Origin: an uncultured Bacteroidales bacterium
Lineage (GTDB): Bacteria; Bacteroidota; Bacteroidia; Bacteroidales; JACABE01
NCBI GenBank assembly: GCA_903936865.1
Contig: CAIZXK010000488.1
Span: forward strand, 1-40,119
DNA length: 40,119 nucleotides
Direction: 5' to 3'
Shown: piece after piece, positions 26,558 to 36,032 of the stretch
Layout: the number at the start of each line of letters is the position of its first letter
Numbering within the stretch: the stretch's first letter is position 1
Notes under the pieces: model-generated
Databases searched by the model: none
Told to the model about the DNA's origin: nothing
What the model saw: the letters and a program-made list of their open reading frames with translations, nothing else
Made by a program: the position numbers and the translations under genes

Positions 26558-28147
26558 ATGATAAAAGCTACTTTTTTAAATCGTGAGAGAATTTACCTCT
26601 TTGGTTTGATATTGTTAGCTGTTGGAATTCCTCTATCTCATATTATTATGAGTATAGCTCAAATTATCTTATTAAGCAACTGGCTTATTGACAAGAATTT
26701 AGTTTCAAAAATTAAATTATTTTATAAAAATAAACCTGCTTTAATCTTTTCTTTCATTTACTTTTTACATCTGGCTGGTTTGTTTTTCACAAGCGATTTT
26801 GACTATGCTATTAAGGATTTAAGAACAAAAATTCCAATCCTTTTTTTACCTTTAGTCTTTTCTTCATCCAAACAATTATCTTACAATGATATAAAAATCA
26901 TTTTAAGAATGTATATTGCTTCTGTTATATTTGGAAGCCTGGCATGCAGCTTTGTATATTTAACTCAAAAAATAGATGATATTAGAAATATTTCCATTTT
27001 TATATCACATATCAGGTTTAGTTTAAATATATGCCTTTCCATTTGTATTTTGTTTTATTATCTGGTTATAAAAAAGGAATTTAATAAAAAACAAAGCATA
27101 ATTGTCTCCATTTTAATTGGTTGGTTAATTCTGTTTATTTTCATACTGCAATCATTAACAGGAATAATCATTTTATTTCTTTTAGCTTTAACTTATGCAT
27201 TATTTTTAGTGTTTACGTCTCATAAAATTAAAACTAAATTTGTTGTAAGTATTTCTATTGTAAGTATTTTACTGTTAATTTTTTCTTTGTTGCATCAATA
27301 TTATCAGGAATATTTTTCTGTTAAAGAAATTAACTACAGCCAGTTAGATTCAAAAACGATACAAGGGAATGATTATGAATTCTTTATTGAACAGTTTGGA
27401 ATAGAAAACGGGAATTATATAGGATTATATATTTGCAAAAAAGAACTTGCAGACGAATGGCAAAAACGCAGTAAAATACATATAGATAGCAGCGATCATA
27501 AAAAACAACAATTGATAGTAACATTAATAAGGTTTTTGAATTCAAAAGGACTTAGAAAAGATGCAGAAGGAGTTAAGTCATTGAATGATAAAGAAATTGC
27601 TGCGATAGAAAGCGGTTATGCAAATTACCTGTATTTAAACGATTTTAGCATTAAAGCAGCGGTTTACAGAATATTTTTTGAATATAATAACTACATAATT
27701 TCTGGTGCTACCAAAGGGTATTCCATAATTCAACGATACGAATTATGGAAAGCAGCCCTGGGGATAATTAAAGAAAATTTCTGGTTTGGAGTAGGAACCG
27801 GTGATATGGTAACTGCTTACAAAGAACAACTTATAAAAATGAATTCGGATTTAAAAGAACTTAATATCAGAGCTCATAATCAATATCTTTCAATATTTTC
27901 GGCTTTTGGGATTATTGGTTTTCTTGTTTTCTTATTTTCTTATATTTATCCAATATTCATAAGCAAAGCATTTAAATCTTTTTTATTTGTTTCTTTTTTT
28001 ATTATTTCTTCTTTATCGATGATTAACGAAGATACTATTGAAACGCAGACCGGTGTTACATTTTTTGCCTTTTTTTATCTGATATTTATGCTTTTTAATA
28101 AGAATTCGGATCAAACTTCAGCACAACTTTCCGCTAATGAAAAGTAA
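26558..28147 (+). CDS. O-antigen ligase / Wzy_C family polytopic membrane protein
   Basis: 529 aa with more than 10 TM segments and a large loop. The C-terminal ELWKAALGIIKENFWFGVGTGD ... RAHNQYLSIFSAFGIIGFLVF is typical of O-antigen ligase-like (Wzy_C) proteins. Confidence 0.75.
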   Translation: MIKATFLNRERIYLFGLILLAVGIPLSHIIMSIAQIILLSNWLIDKNLVSKIKLFYKNKPALIFSFIYFLHLAGLFFTSDFDYAIKDLRTKIPILFLPLVFSSSKQLSYNDIKIILRMYIASVIFGSLACSFVYLTQKIDDIRNISIFISHIRFSLNICLSICILFYYLVIKKEFNKKQSIIVSILIGWLILFIFILQSLTGIIILFLLALTYALFLVFTSHKIKTKFVVSISIVSILLLIFSLLHQYYQEYFSVKEINYSQLDSKTIQGNDYEFFIEQFGIENGNYIGLYICKKELADEWQKRSKIHIDSSDHKKQQLIVTLIRFLNSKGLRKDAEGVKSLNDKEIAAIESGYANYLYLNDFSIKAAVYRIFFEYNNYIISGATKGYSIIQRYELWKAALGIIKENFWFGVGTGDMVTAYKEQLIKMNSDLKELNIRAHNQYLSIFSAFGIIGFLVFLFSYIYPIFISKAFKSFLFVSFFIISSLSMINEDTIETQTGVTFFAFFYLIFMLFNKNSDQTSAQLSANEK

Positions 28148-28225
28148 GGTAAAGTTTCAATAACTTTATTTGTAATTTTTTTCAAAACAGAAGGAACTTA
28201 TCGGGATTTATACAGGTTTTGTCAG

Positions 28226-28244
28226 GTTAATATCAGATATTAAC
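28226..28244. promoter_or_regulatory. 19-bp perfect palindrome GTTAATATCAGATATTAAC
   Basis: 9+1+9 perfect palindrome ~105 nt upstream of the M16 peptidase start. A TAATTTTG -7-like box lies at 28277-28284. Confidence 0.25.
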
Positions 28245-28350
28245 TAATAAATTAACAAAAACTTGTATAAAATGTTTAATTTTGGAAAGGTTTTTTTTGT
28301 AGTTAAAATCAGGAAAAATATTTATAAACAATTAATAATCAATATTAAAA

Positions 28351-31263
28351 ATGAGAAGTAACATAAAATTCTTCTGGATTGCTTTACTAAGCATTTCCCT
28401 TTTTGTGGCAAATGTACATGCACAAAAACAGTACACTTACGAATCGGTTCCCGGCGATCCATTGAAAGCCAGAATCTATACACTTGATAATGGATTAAAA
28501 GTGTATATGACTGTATATAAAGATGCTCCACGTATTCAAACTTACTTTGCCGTGAGAGCTGGCAGCAAAAATGATCCGAAAGAAACCACTGGGTTGGCTC
28601 ATTATTTTGAACACATGATGTTTAAAGGAACTGCTAAATATGGTTCAAAAGATTGGAAATCTGAAGGTCCTATTATTGCTAAAATAGATTCATTGTTTGA
28701 AATTTACAGAACTTTGTCTGATGAAAATCAAAGAAAAGAAATGTATAGAATAATTGACAGTATTTCTTATGTTGCTTCAACGTATGCTATACCAAATGAA
28801 TATGATAAATTAATGTCGGCAATTGGTGCTGATGGAACCAATGCTTTCACTTCGTTGGAGGAAACAGTTTATGTTGATGATATTCCATCTAATCAGTTAG
28901 AAAATTGGGCTAGCATCCAAGCAGAACGTTTCAGCAATCCGGTTTTACGTTTATTTCATACAGAACTGGAAACTATTTATGAAGAAAAAAACATGACGCT
29001 AACCAATGATGGTCGTAAAGTTTATACCGCAATGCTTGAAGGTTTGTTCCAAAACCATCCGTATGGAACTCAAACTACCATTGGAACCCAAGAGCACATA
29101 AAAAATCCTTCGATGAAAAACATCAGAGAATTTTTTGCAAAGTATTATGTAGCCAATAATATGGCTATCTGCTTATCCGGTGATTTTGATCCTGATTATG
29201 CAATAAATTTAATAGATTCTAAATTTGGTGGTTTCAAAAGATCTGAAGTTCCTGTATTTACTTTCGGAAAAGAGCAACCAATTACCAAACCTATTGTTAA
29301 GGAAGTTTTTGGTACAGATGCTGAAAATATGATGATGGCTTACCGTTTTGCCGGTGTTGGCTCAAGAGAAGCTGATATGATTACAATGATTGATATGGTT
29401 TTAACAAATGGAACCGCTGGTTTGATAGATTTAAACCTGAATCAGAAACAAAAAGTAATGAGTGCAGGTACCAATCCAAATATTATGCACGATTATTCTG
29501 CATTGATGTTTTCGGGTAAACCTAAAGCAGGACAAACCCTGGATGAAGTAAGAGACTTATTGCTTTCTCAGATCGAATTGGTGAAAAAAGGAGAATTCCC
29601 TGATTGGTTGCTTACTGCCATTATCAATGACTTGAAACTTCGTAAAATTAAGGAATATGAAAGTAATAGCAACAGAGCAATGGCTTTTGTTGATGCTTTC
29701 GTTCAAAATGAATCATGGAAAGATGTTGTTGAAAGTATTGATAAATTATCAAAAATCACCAAACAGGAAATTGTTGATTTTGCAAAGGCAAACTTAAACG
29801 ACAATTATGTAATTGTTTATAAAAGAAAAGGTAAAGATGAATCTATTAAGAAAGTAAAAAAACCAAAAATTACACCTATCAAAATCAACAGAGATGTTGA
29901 ATCTGATTTCCTTAAAATGATTCAGGCAAATAAACCTACTGAAATTGAACCGGTTTTTATTGATTTTAAGAAAGATTTACAATTCTTTACTGTAAAAAGC
30001 AACATACCTGTTACTTACAAAGAAAACACTGAAAATAACACTTTTGATATTTTTTATGTTTTTGAAATGGGAAGTAATAATGATAAAAAAATAAGTGTTG
30101 CTACTAATTATCTGAAATTCTTAGGAACTTCGAAATATACAGATGAACAATTAAAAGAAGAATATTATAAATTGGGATGTTCTTTTAATGTATCTGCTTC
30201 AGGCGAACAGATATATGTAAGTTTAAGTGGTTTAACAGAAAATATGCCAAAAGCTTTACAATTATTCGAAGAAGTGATAGCTGATTGCAATCCAAATCAG
30301 GAAGCTTTTGATAATATGATTAAAGACATCCTGAAAAAAAGGACAGATGCAAAATCAAATCCACAAAGAGCTTTCAGTGCAATGGTTAACTATGGAATTT
30401 ATGGTTCTAAATCACCAATGACAAATATTTTGACCGAAGCAGAATTAAAATCATTAAAACCAGAAGAATTGGTTACCCTTATTAAAGGTATGCTTTCCTA
30501 CGAACATCATATTATGTATTATGGCAGTCAGAAACCTGAAGAATTAACCAGGTTGTTAAATAGTTATCACAGAGCACCAGCTCAGCTGAAACCTGTACCT
30601 GCTGAAGTTAAATTTGTGGAACAGGAAACTAAGAAAGATATCGTTTATCATGTTGATTTTGATTCAAAACAATCGCAAATGCTACTATTAAGCAAAGGTG
30701 GTTTGTATGATAAAAACATGACAGCCGATGTAACATTGTTTAATGAATATTTTGGTGGAAGCATGAATTCAATTGTTTTTCAGGAATTGAGAGAATCCCG
30801 TTCATTAGCTTATACTGCTATGTCGATGTATCAAAGTCCTTCCAAAAAGGATAAATCTTATATGGGAATTTCTTATATTGCTACTCAAAATGATAAATTA
30901 AATGATGCATTGGATGCATTATCAATGTTGCTTAACAAAATGCCAGAATCAGAAAAAGCATTCACTTTAGCTAAAAATGGGATTATTCAGAAAATGAGAA
31001 CCGACAGAACAACCAAATCTGATGTTTTGTGGCAATATGAAAGTGCTAAAAAGCTGGGTGTTGATTACGATTTACGCAAAGATGTGTATGCAAAAGTTCC
31101 TACTATGACTTTTGATAATGTTAAAAACTTCCACAACCAATATATTAAGGATAAAAAACATTCTTATTTGGTTTTGGGCGATAAGAAAGAAATTGATTTT
31201 AAAGTTCTTAAAAAATATGGAAAAGTGAAATATTTGAAAATGGAAGATATTTTTGGATATTAA
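28351..31263 (+). CDS. M16 (insulinase/pitrilysin) family zinc peptidase, double-length
   Basis: 970 aa with a signal peptide and the inverted zinc motif HxxEH (GLAHYFEHMMFKGT). The four-domain length corresponds to fused active and inactive M16 halves. Confidence 0.9.
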   Translation: MRSNIKFFWIALLSISLFVANVHAQKQYTYESVPGDPLKARIYTLDNGLKVYMTVYKDAPRIQTYFAVRAGSKNDPKETTGLAHYFEHMMFKGTAKYGSKDWKSEGPIIAKIDSLFEIYRTLSDENQRKEMYRIIDSISYVASTYAIPNEYDKLMSAIGADGTNAFTSLEETVYVDDIPSNQLENWASIQAERFSNPVLRLFHTELETIYEEKNMTLTNDGRKVYTAMLEGLFQNHPYGTQTTIGTQEHIKNPSMKNIREFFAKYYVANNMAICLSGDFDPDYAINLIDSKFGGFKRSEVPVFTFGKEQPITKPIVKEVFGTDAENMMMAYRFAGVGSREADMITMIDMVLTNGTAGLIDLNLNQKQKVMSAGTNPNIMHDYSALMFSGKPKAGQTLDEVRDLLLSQIELVKKGEFPDWLLTAIINDLKLRKIKEYESNSNRAMAFVDAFVQNESWKDVVESIDKLSKITKQEIVDFAKANLNDNYVIVYKRKGKDESIKKVKKPKITPIKINRDVESDFLKMIQANKPTEIEPVFIDFKKDLQFFTVKSNIPVTYKENTENNTFDIFYVFEMGSNNDKKISVATNYLKFLGTSKYTDEQLKEEYYKLGCSFNVSASGEQIYVSLSGLTENMPKALQLFEEVIADCNPNQEAFDNMIKDILKKRTDAKSNPQRAFSAMVNYGIYGSKSPMTNILTEAELKSLKPEELVTLIKGMLSYEHHIMYYGSQKPEELTRLLNSYHRAPAQLKPVPAEVKFVEQETKKDIVYHVDFDSKQSQMLLLSKGGLYDKNMTADVTLFNEYFGGSMNSIVFQELRESRSLAYTAMSMYQSPSKKDKSYMGISYIATQNDKLNDALDALSMLLNKMPESEKAFTLAKNGIIQKMRTDRTTKSDVLWQYESAKKLGVDYDLRKDVYAKVPTMTFDNVKNFHNQYIKDKKHSYLVLGDKKEIDFKVLKKYGKVKYLKMEDIFGY

Positions 31264-31282
31264 TTTTTAATCATACTTTATT

Positions 31283-31312
31283 AAAAAAAGGGCTGGAAAC
31301 AGTCCTTTTTTT
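31283..31312 (+). terminator. Intrinsic terminator after the M16 peptidase gene
   Basis: A7-GGGCTG-gaaa-CAGTCC-T7, with one G.U pair and a GNRA loop. Confidence 0.75.
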
Positions 31313-31379
31313 GTTTTAAGAATACTTTGGCAAATTATTTGTTATAAAAAATTCGTATTTTTGTAACCTATATTTAATA

Positions 31380-31943
31380 ATGCTTAAAATGAACAGGATA
31401 ATTAAACAAATAAGCTCATTTGTATTTTTTGTTTTCTTTTTATATCAATCAAATGCACAGGACACTTTAAGAGCAAAAATTCCAGTGGATGCTGATACAA
31501 AATTAGTTGCTTATAAAGACGCAATAAATGAAACCGGTACTAAGGATGAACTATATATCCGTTCGTTGGAATGGATAAATGCCAATTATAAAAATGCGGC
31601 TGAAGTTACCCGCCGCCGCGATGCCGTAAATGGAGAAATTGAAGGACAGCATCGTATTCAGCTGTTTTACAAAGATAAGGATGGTGTAATCATTAAAACC
31701 GGATTGGTGGAATATACCTTTAAACTCCAGTTTAAAGACAATAAATACCGTTATTTTTTTACAAACTTCTATTTAAAAGATAAATCAAGATATCCTATCG
31801 AAAACTGGATGGATAAAACCAAACCGGGTTACTCACCTTTATGGGATGAATATTTGAATATTATTGACATTCATATTTGCAAACTGATAGAATCTCTTAA
31901 AACAACGATGCAAGCCAGGAAAATCAAAAAGGATGAATGGTAA
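31380..31943 (+). CDS. Secreted DUF4468-like (TBP-like fold) protein
   Basis: 187 aa with a signal peptide (ISSFVFFVFFLYQSNAQ). The pattern LVAYKDAINETGTKDELYIRSLEWINANYKN..GEIEG...VEYTFKLQFKDNKYRYFFTNF resembles DUF4468. Confidence 0.5.
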   Translation: MLKMNRIIKQISSFVFFVFFLYQSNAQDTLRAKIPVDADTKLVAYKDAINETGTKDELYIRSLEWINANYKNAAEVTRRRDAVNGEIEGQHRIQLFYKDKDGVIIKTGLVEYTFKLQFKDNKYRYFFTNFYLKDKSRYPIENWMDKTKPGYSPLWDEYLNIIDIHICKLIESLKTTMQARKIKKDEW

Positions 31944-32877
31944 CAGCATATTGTTTCAGGACGCATTACTGAATTCAGATTTAGAACTTCTTAAAACAAT
32001 TCCCAAAAGCGATTTGCATAATCATGCACCTTTAGGAAGTCGTTTGAAAGATTTTTCGATTGCTATAGGTAGTGAAATTCCTTCGCCACCCTCTGCTATG
32101 CAGAATATTGCAGAAATGAACGAATATATAATCAATAATTTACGGAGTTTGATTGTAAACCCTGATGGATTTAAAACTTCAATTGCATTGGCATTAAGGC
32201 AGGCAAAAATGGATGGAATTACAAAACTTGAAATGAGCCTCGATTGTCAGTTTGTTACATTATTTCCTGATAAAGAAATTGGTTTAATAAATTTTCTGAA
32301 ACAAATCAGTAAATCAGAAGCACCTGAAATACAATTTAATCCTGAAATCGGATTAAGTAGAAATCTTGATATTGCCGAAGCCGAAAACTGGATATATCCC
32401 TGTATAGAAAGTGGTTATTTCAAATCCATCGATTTGTATGGTGAAGAGTTGATTAAAGATGCAACGCTTTATAAGAACATTTATAAAGTGGCTAAAAACC
32501 ATAATTTAAAATTAAAATCGCATACCGGAGAATTTGGTAATGCCGAATCGGTAAGATATACAGTTGAAACCCTGGAGCTCGATGAAGTTCAGCATGGAAT
32601 ATCTGCAGCCGACTCAAAGGACGTTATGAAATGGCTACGAAACAATAATATTCGGTTAAATGTTTGTCCTTCAAGTAATATAAGATTAAACAGGGTGCAA
32701 AATATGGAACAGCATCCTTGCCGGATATTAGCTGATAATGGAATAATTATCACGATAAACAGCGATGATATAATGATTTTTGATCAATCCATATCCGATG
32801 AGTTTTTTAATTTATATAATGCGAAGCTATTTAGTGCAACCGAATTGAATGTATTAAGAATCAACGGACTTCAGTAA
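31933..32877 (+). CDS. Adenosine/AMP deaminase-superfamily metallo-hydrolase (divergent, short)
   Basis: 314 aa. Metal and catalytic motifs appear in the expected order: SDLHNH (HxH), KSHTGE, VQHGI, VCPSSN and INSDD. There is no signal peptide. The start overlaps the upstream ORF by 11 nt. Confidence 0.7.
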   Translation: MNGNSILFQDALLNSDLELLKTIPKSDLHNHAPLGSRLKDFSIAIGSEIPSPPSAMQNIAEMNEYIINNLRSLIVNPDGFKTSIALALRQAKMDGITKLEMSLDCQFVTLFPDKEIGLINFLKQISKSEAPEIQFNPEIGLSRNLDIAEAENWIYPCIESGYFKSIDLYGEELIKDATLYKNIYKVAKNHNLKLKSHTGEFGNAESVRYTVETLELDEVQHGISAADSKDVMKWLRNNNIRLNVCPSSNIRLNRVQNMEQHPCRILADNGIIITINSDDIMIFDQSISDEFFNLYNAKLFSATELNVLRINGLQ

Positions 32878-32951
32878 TTATTAATTTTGTATTCAATTCT
32901 TCTAAATCGGTTTAATAATTTTTTTAATTTTACCTTTTTAATATCTTAGCC

Positions 32952-35576
32952 ATGAATATAAAAACTGTACTTTTCTTTTCTCTTTTATTGATTTGTTCAT
33001 CAATGAATTACGCACAAGAGCATCATTTTATTACGGATGAAAATTATCGCAATCAAACACAGAAAATGTTTGAGGTGCAAAAAAAATCAGCGTCCAAGAG
33101 GGCAGCTATTTTATTTGATGTTTTTAATCAGAATCTGACTACAAAAGAAAGAGAAGCGTTAACGTTTTTATATGCCTATATGCCTCTGAGTGATTTAGCT
33201 GATTATACCGGAGATTTCTATTTACAAAACATTAAGGTAACTTTTGAAGCATCCCATTTTTTTTCATGGGGAAAATCAATTCCTGAACTGATATTCAGAC
33301 ATTTTGTTTTGCCTTGCAGGGTAAATAATGAAAATATGGATACCGCAAGAATTGTTTTTTATAAAGAGCTGAAAGATAGAGTTGAAAATCTCAGCATGAA
33401 AGACGCTGCATTGGAAATCAATCATTGGTGTCACGAAAAAGTTGCTTATCAGGGTTGCGATTCAAGAACCAGTTCACCCCTGGCAACAATTAAAAATGCA
33501 CTGGGAAGATGCGGAGAGGAATCTACGTTTACAGTTGCCGCAATGAGATCTGTTGGAATTCCTGCCCGCCAATGCTATACACCCCGTTGGGCTCATAGTG
33601 ATGATAATCATGCCTGGGTTGAAGTTTGGGTTGATGGTAAATGGCATTTTCTGGGTGCATGCGAACCCGAACCGGATTTGGATCTGGGTTGGTTTGCAGC
33701 TCCATCAAAGCGAACCATGATGGTAAATACAACCGTTTTTGGTTATTATCTGGGCGAAGAGGAGGTTTTGCATAAAGACGATAGATATACCAGGATAAAT
33801 CTACTCGAAAACTATGCTCCTGTAAAAACTATTTATGTAAAAGTGTTGGATATTAATAAGAAACCAATTGATAGTGCCAATGTTGAATTTGGATTATACA
33901 ATTATGCCGAATTTTATCCGATAGGTGTAAAACTTTCTGATAAAAAAGGTATTGCTTCATTGAAAACAGGATATGGAGATCTGTTGATATGGGCAACAAA
34001 AAACAATATTTTTGGATTTGAGAAAGTAACAGTTGAAACCAACGATACCGTTGTTATTATTCTGAACAGGAATTCTAAAATGGAATATACGCTCAATTTT
34101 GATATTACTCCGCCAATACCCCGCGAAATAGAAGTTAATGTTAGTGATAAACAGCGTGAACTGAATAATCAGCGATTAAAATATGAAGATAGCATTCGCA
34201 AAGCCTATGAAAACACTTTTGCGGATAGTATTTTTTGTCATAATCTGTCAAACGTCAATGGATTAGAATTTAACCGAACCTATTCATTACTAAAGAAAAG
34301 CAGGGGAAACTGGCAGGAAATCGCAACATTTATTAATTTAACCAACAAAGAATATAAAAAATATTGCCTTCCCTTACTGGAAGCAATTTCTGAGAAAGAT
34401 TTACATGATGTTACTGTAGATGTGTTATCCGATCATCTTTATAATTCGAAATTATCCGATAAAATGGAAGATGATATAACAATAAATTTTATTATGAATC
34501 CTCGTATTGGTGATGAAATGATAAAACCATATAAACAATTTATTCAGAAATATTTTAGTAACAGTATGTTTGCAAATGCCAAAGAAATAGCCGATTGGAT
34601 TACTAAAAACATTAAAATTGATAAAACAGCCAATTATTACAGATTGCCTATAACACCTAAAGGTTCAATTGAATTGGGTGTTTGCGATCCAGCTTCCAGG
34701 GATCTGTTATTTGTTGCTATATGCAGAAGTGTTGGAATTCCTTCACGCCTGGAGCCGGCTACTAAAATACCTCAGTATTATTATTTAACTACATGGAATG
34801 ATATGGTTTTTGAGAAAAAGGAAAATGAAGTAAAAACTCCTAAATCCAGCTTAATCCTGTTAAATGACAAAGCGAATGGCTTGGTTAATCCTGAATATGC
34901 TATCCATTTTACCATCCAAAAATTTAAGGATGGTAAGTATTTCACACTTGATTATGAAATGGATAAACGCTTGAAAACCTTCCCTTGCCAGCTAAGTGTT
35001 GATGCGGGTAATTATTTGATGGTTACAGGAAACAGAATGCAGGATGGATCTGTTTTAACCAGCTTGAAATTCTTTTCATTAAATCCAAAAGAGACAAAAA
35101 GCCAGACTATTACGTTGCGAAAAACCAAAAAGCAGCATAAAGTTATAACAACCCTTACAGGAAAGGAAACCTTTAAAAGGTTGAATGATGATACGTTAAT
35201 CTCGATAAATGGATTATTGAAGAATGCAAAAGGAATTGTAATATGGATAGAATCAGGAAAAGAACCTACACGCCATGCAATAGTTGATATAAGTAAACTT
35301 AAAGCAAATTTCGAAAAATGGGGTGGTAGTTTTGTATTGGTTTTACCCGAAAACCTGAAAGCAAATTTTGATAAAAACATCTTGACGGAATTACCATCTC
35401 AAACACAGGTAGTTGTTGATAACAATAACATACTGAAAGTAATTGAAACAACACTTAAAACCAAGCTATCAACCGATTTGCCTGTAGTAACGATAATAAA
35501 TGAAAAAGGAGAAGTTATCTATTTATCAAAAGGTTATAAGATAGGAACTGGCGAACAATTATTAAAAATGTTTTAG
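32952..35576 (+). CDS. Secreted transglutaminase-like domain protein (active TGase core + degenerate second copy + thioredoxin-like C-terminal fold lacking CxxC)
   Basis: 874 aa with a signal peptide. The core is GRCGEESTFTVAAMRSVGIPARQCYTPRWAHSDDNHAWVEVWVDGKWHFLGACEP (Cys-His-Asp transglutaminase core). A second GVCDPASRDLLFVAICRSVGIPSRLEP has no downstream His/Asp. The C-terminal GIVIWIESGKEPTRH...LPVVTIINEKGEVIYLSKGY is TlpA-like without cysteines. Confidence 0.8.
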   Translation: MNIKTVLFFSLLLICSSMNYAQEHHFITDENYRNQTQKMFEVQKKSASKRAAILFDVFNQNLTTKEREALTFLYAYMPLSDLADYTGDFYLQNIKVTFEASHFFSWGKSIPELIFRHFVLPCRVNNENMDTARIVFYKELKDRVENLSMKDAALEINHWCHEKVAYQGCDSRTSSPLATIKNALGRCGEESTFTVAAMRSVGIPARQCYTPRWAHSDDNHAWVEVWVDGKWHFLGACEPEPDLDLGWFAAPSKRTMMVNTTVFGYYLGEEEVLHKDDRYTRINLLENYAPVKTIYVKVLDINKKPIDSANVEFGLYNYAEFYPIGVKLSDKKGIASLKTGYGDLLIWATKNNIFGFEKVTVETNDTVVIILNRNSKMEYTLNFDITPPIPREIEVNVSDKQRELNNQRLKYEDSIRKAYENTFADSIFCHNLSNVNGLEFNRTYSLLKKSRGNWQEIATFINLTNKEYKKYCLPLLEAISEKDLHDVTVDVLSDHLYNSKLSDKMEDDITINFIMNPRIGDEMIKPYKQFIQKYFSNSMFANAKEIADWITKNIKIDKTANYYRLPITPKGSIELGVCDPASRDLLFVAICRSVGIPSRLEPATKIPQYYYLTTWNDMVFEKKENEVKTPKSSLILLNDKANGLVNPEYAIHFTIQKFKDGKYFTLDYEMDKRLKTFPCQLSVDAGNYLMVTGNRMQDGSVLTSLKFFSLNPKETKSQTITLRKTKKQHKVITTLTGKETFKRLNDDTLISINGLLKNAKGIVIWIESGKEPTRHAIVDISKLKANFEKWGGSFVLVLPENLKANFDKNILTELPSQTQVVVDNNNILKVIETTLKTKLSTDLPVVTIINEKGEVIYLSKGYKIGTGEQLLKMF

Positions 35577-35633
35577 CCTTAAGTGTGGACTTATATCCTT
35601 GCAGTTTTCAATTTATATTTTATAAACAATATT

Positions 35634-35794
35634 AAATCTTCTGTTTTATTTTTTGGAACGCAGATGACGCTGATCCCTTTGGGAAACGCAGATAAAAAGC
35701 AGATTTTTATACAATGTAAATCAAAAAATCCGTTTAATCAGCGTTTTCGGAACGTATCTGCGTCATCAGCGTTCTGATGTTATCGTTTATAATT
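35634..35794. repeat. Structured ~160-bp repeat, family C, copy 1
   Basis: Aligns along its whole length with 35847-36005 with scattered substitutions. The 19-nt arms GAACGCAGATGACGCTGAT (35656-35674) and ATCTGCGTCATCAGCGTTC (35756-35774) are complementary at 17/19. There is an inner AGATTTTT...AAAAATCC hairpin. Confidence 0.75.
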
Positions 35795-35846
35795 TAGTAA
35801 ATAAATATCCCAACAGATTTCAGCATATATTTAAAAAACAATAGTA

Positions 35847-36005
35847 AAACTTCTGATTTATTTTTCGGAACGCAGATTACGCTGATCCCTCTGGGAAAGG
35901 CAGATAAAAGCGGATTTTTATATAATATAAATCAGAAAATCCGTTTAATCAGCGTTTACGGAACGTATCAGCGTCATCAGCGTTCTGATTTTATAGTTTA
36001 TAATT
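35847..36005. repeat. Structured ~160-bp repeat, family C, copy 2
   Basis: Tandem to copy 1 with a 212-bp period. It ends 28 nt from the mltF stop codon, so the two copies fill the gap between convergent genes. Confidence 0.75.
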
Positions 36006-36032
36006 AACCGTTCATTCCCTGATTTCGGTTTT

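Noticed and set aside
31933-32877. Adenosine-deaminase-like gene as part of a RADAR-type anti-phage system
   Set aside because: RADAR requires a large RdrA ATPase partner and a much larger RdrB deaminase. Here the protein is 314 aa and its neighbours are a small secreted protein and a transglutaminase-like protein, with no ATPase.
35583-35777. 64-aa ORF between the transglutaminase gene and mltF
   Set aside because: It lies within family C repeat copy 1. The second copy differs by indels, so the frame is not conserved, and there are no recognisable protein features.
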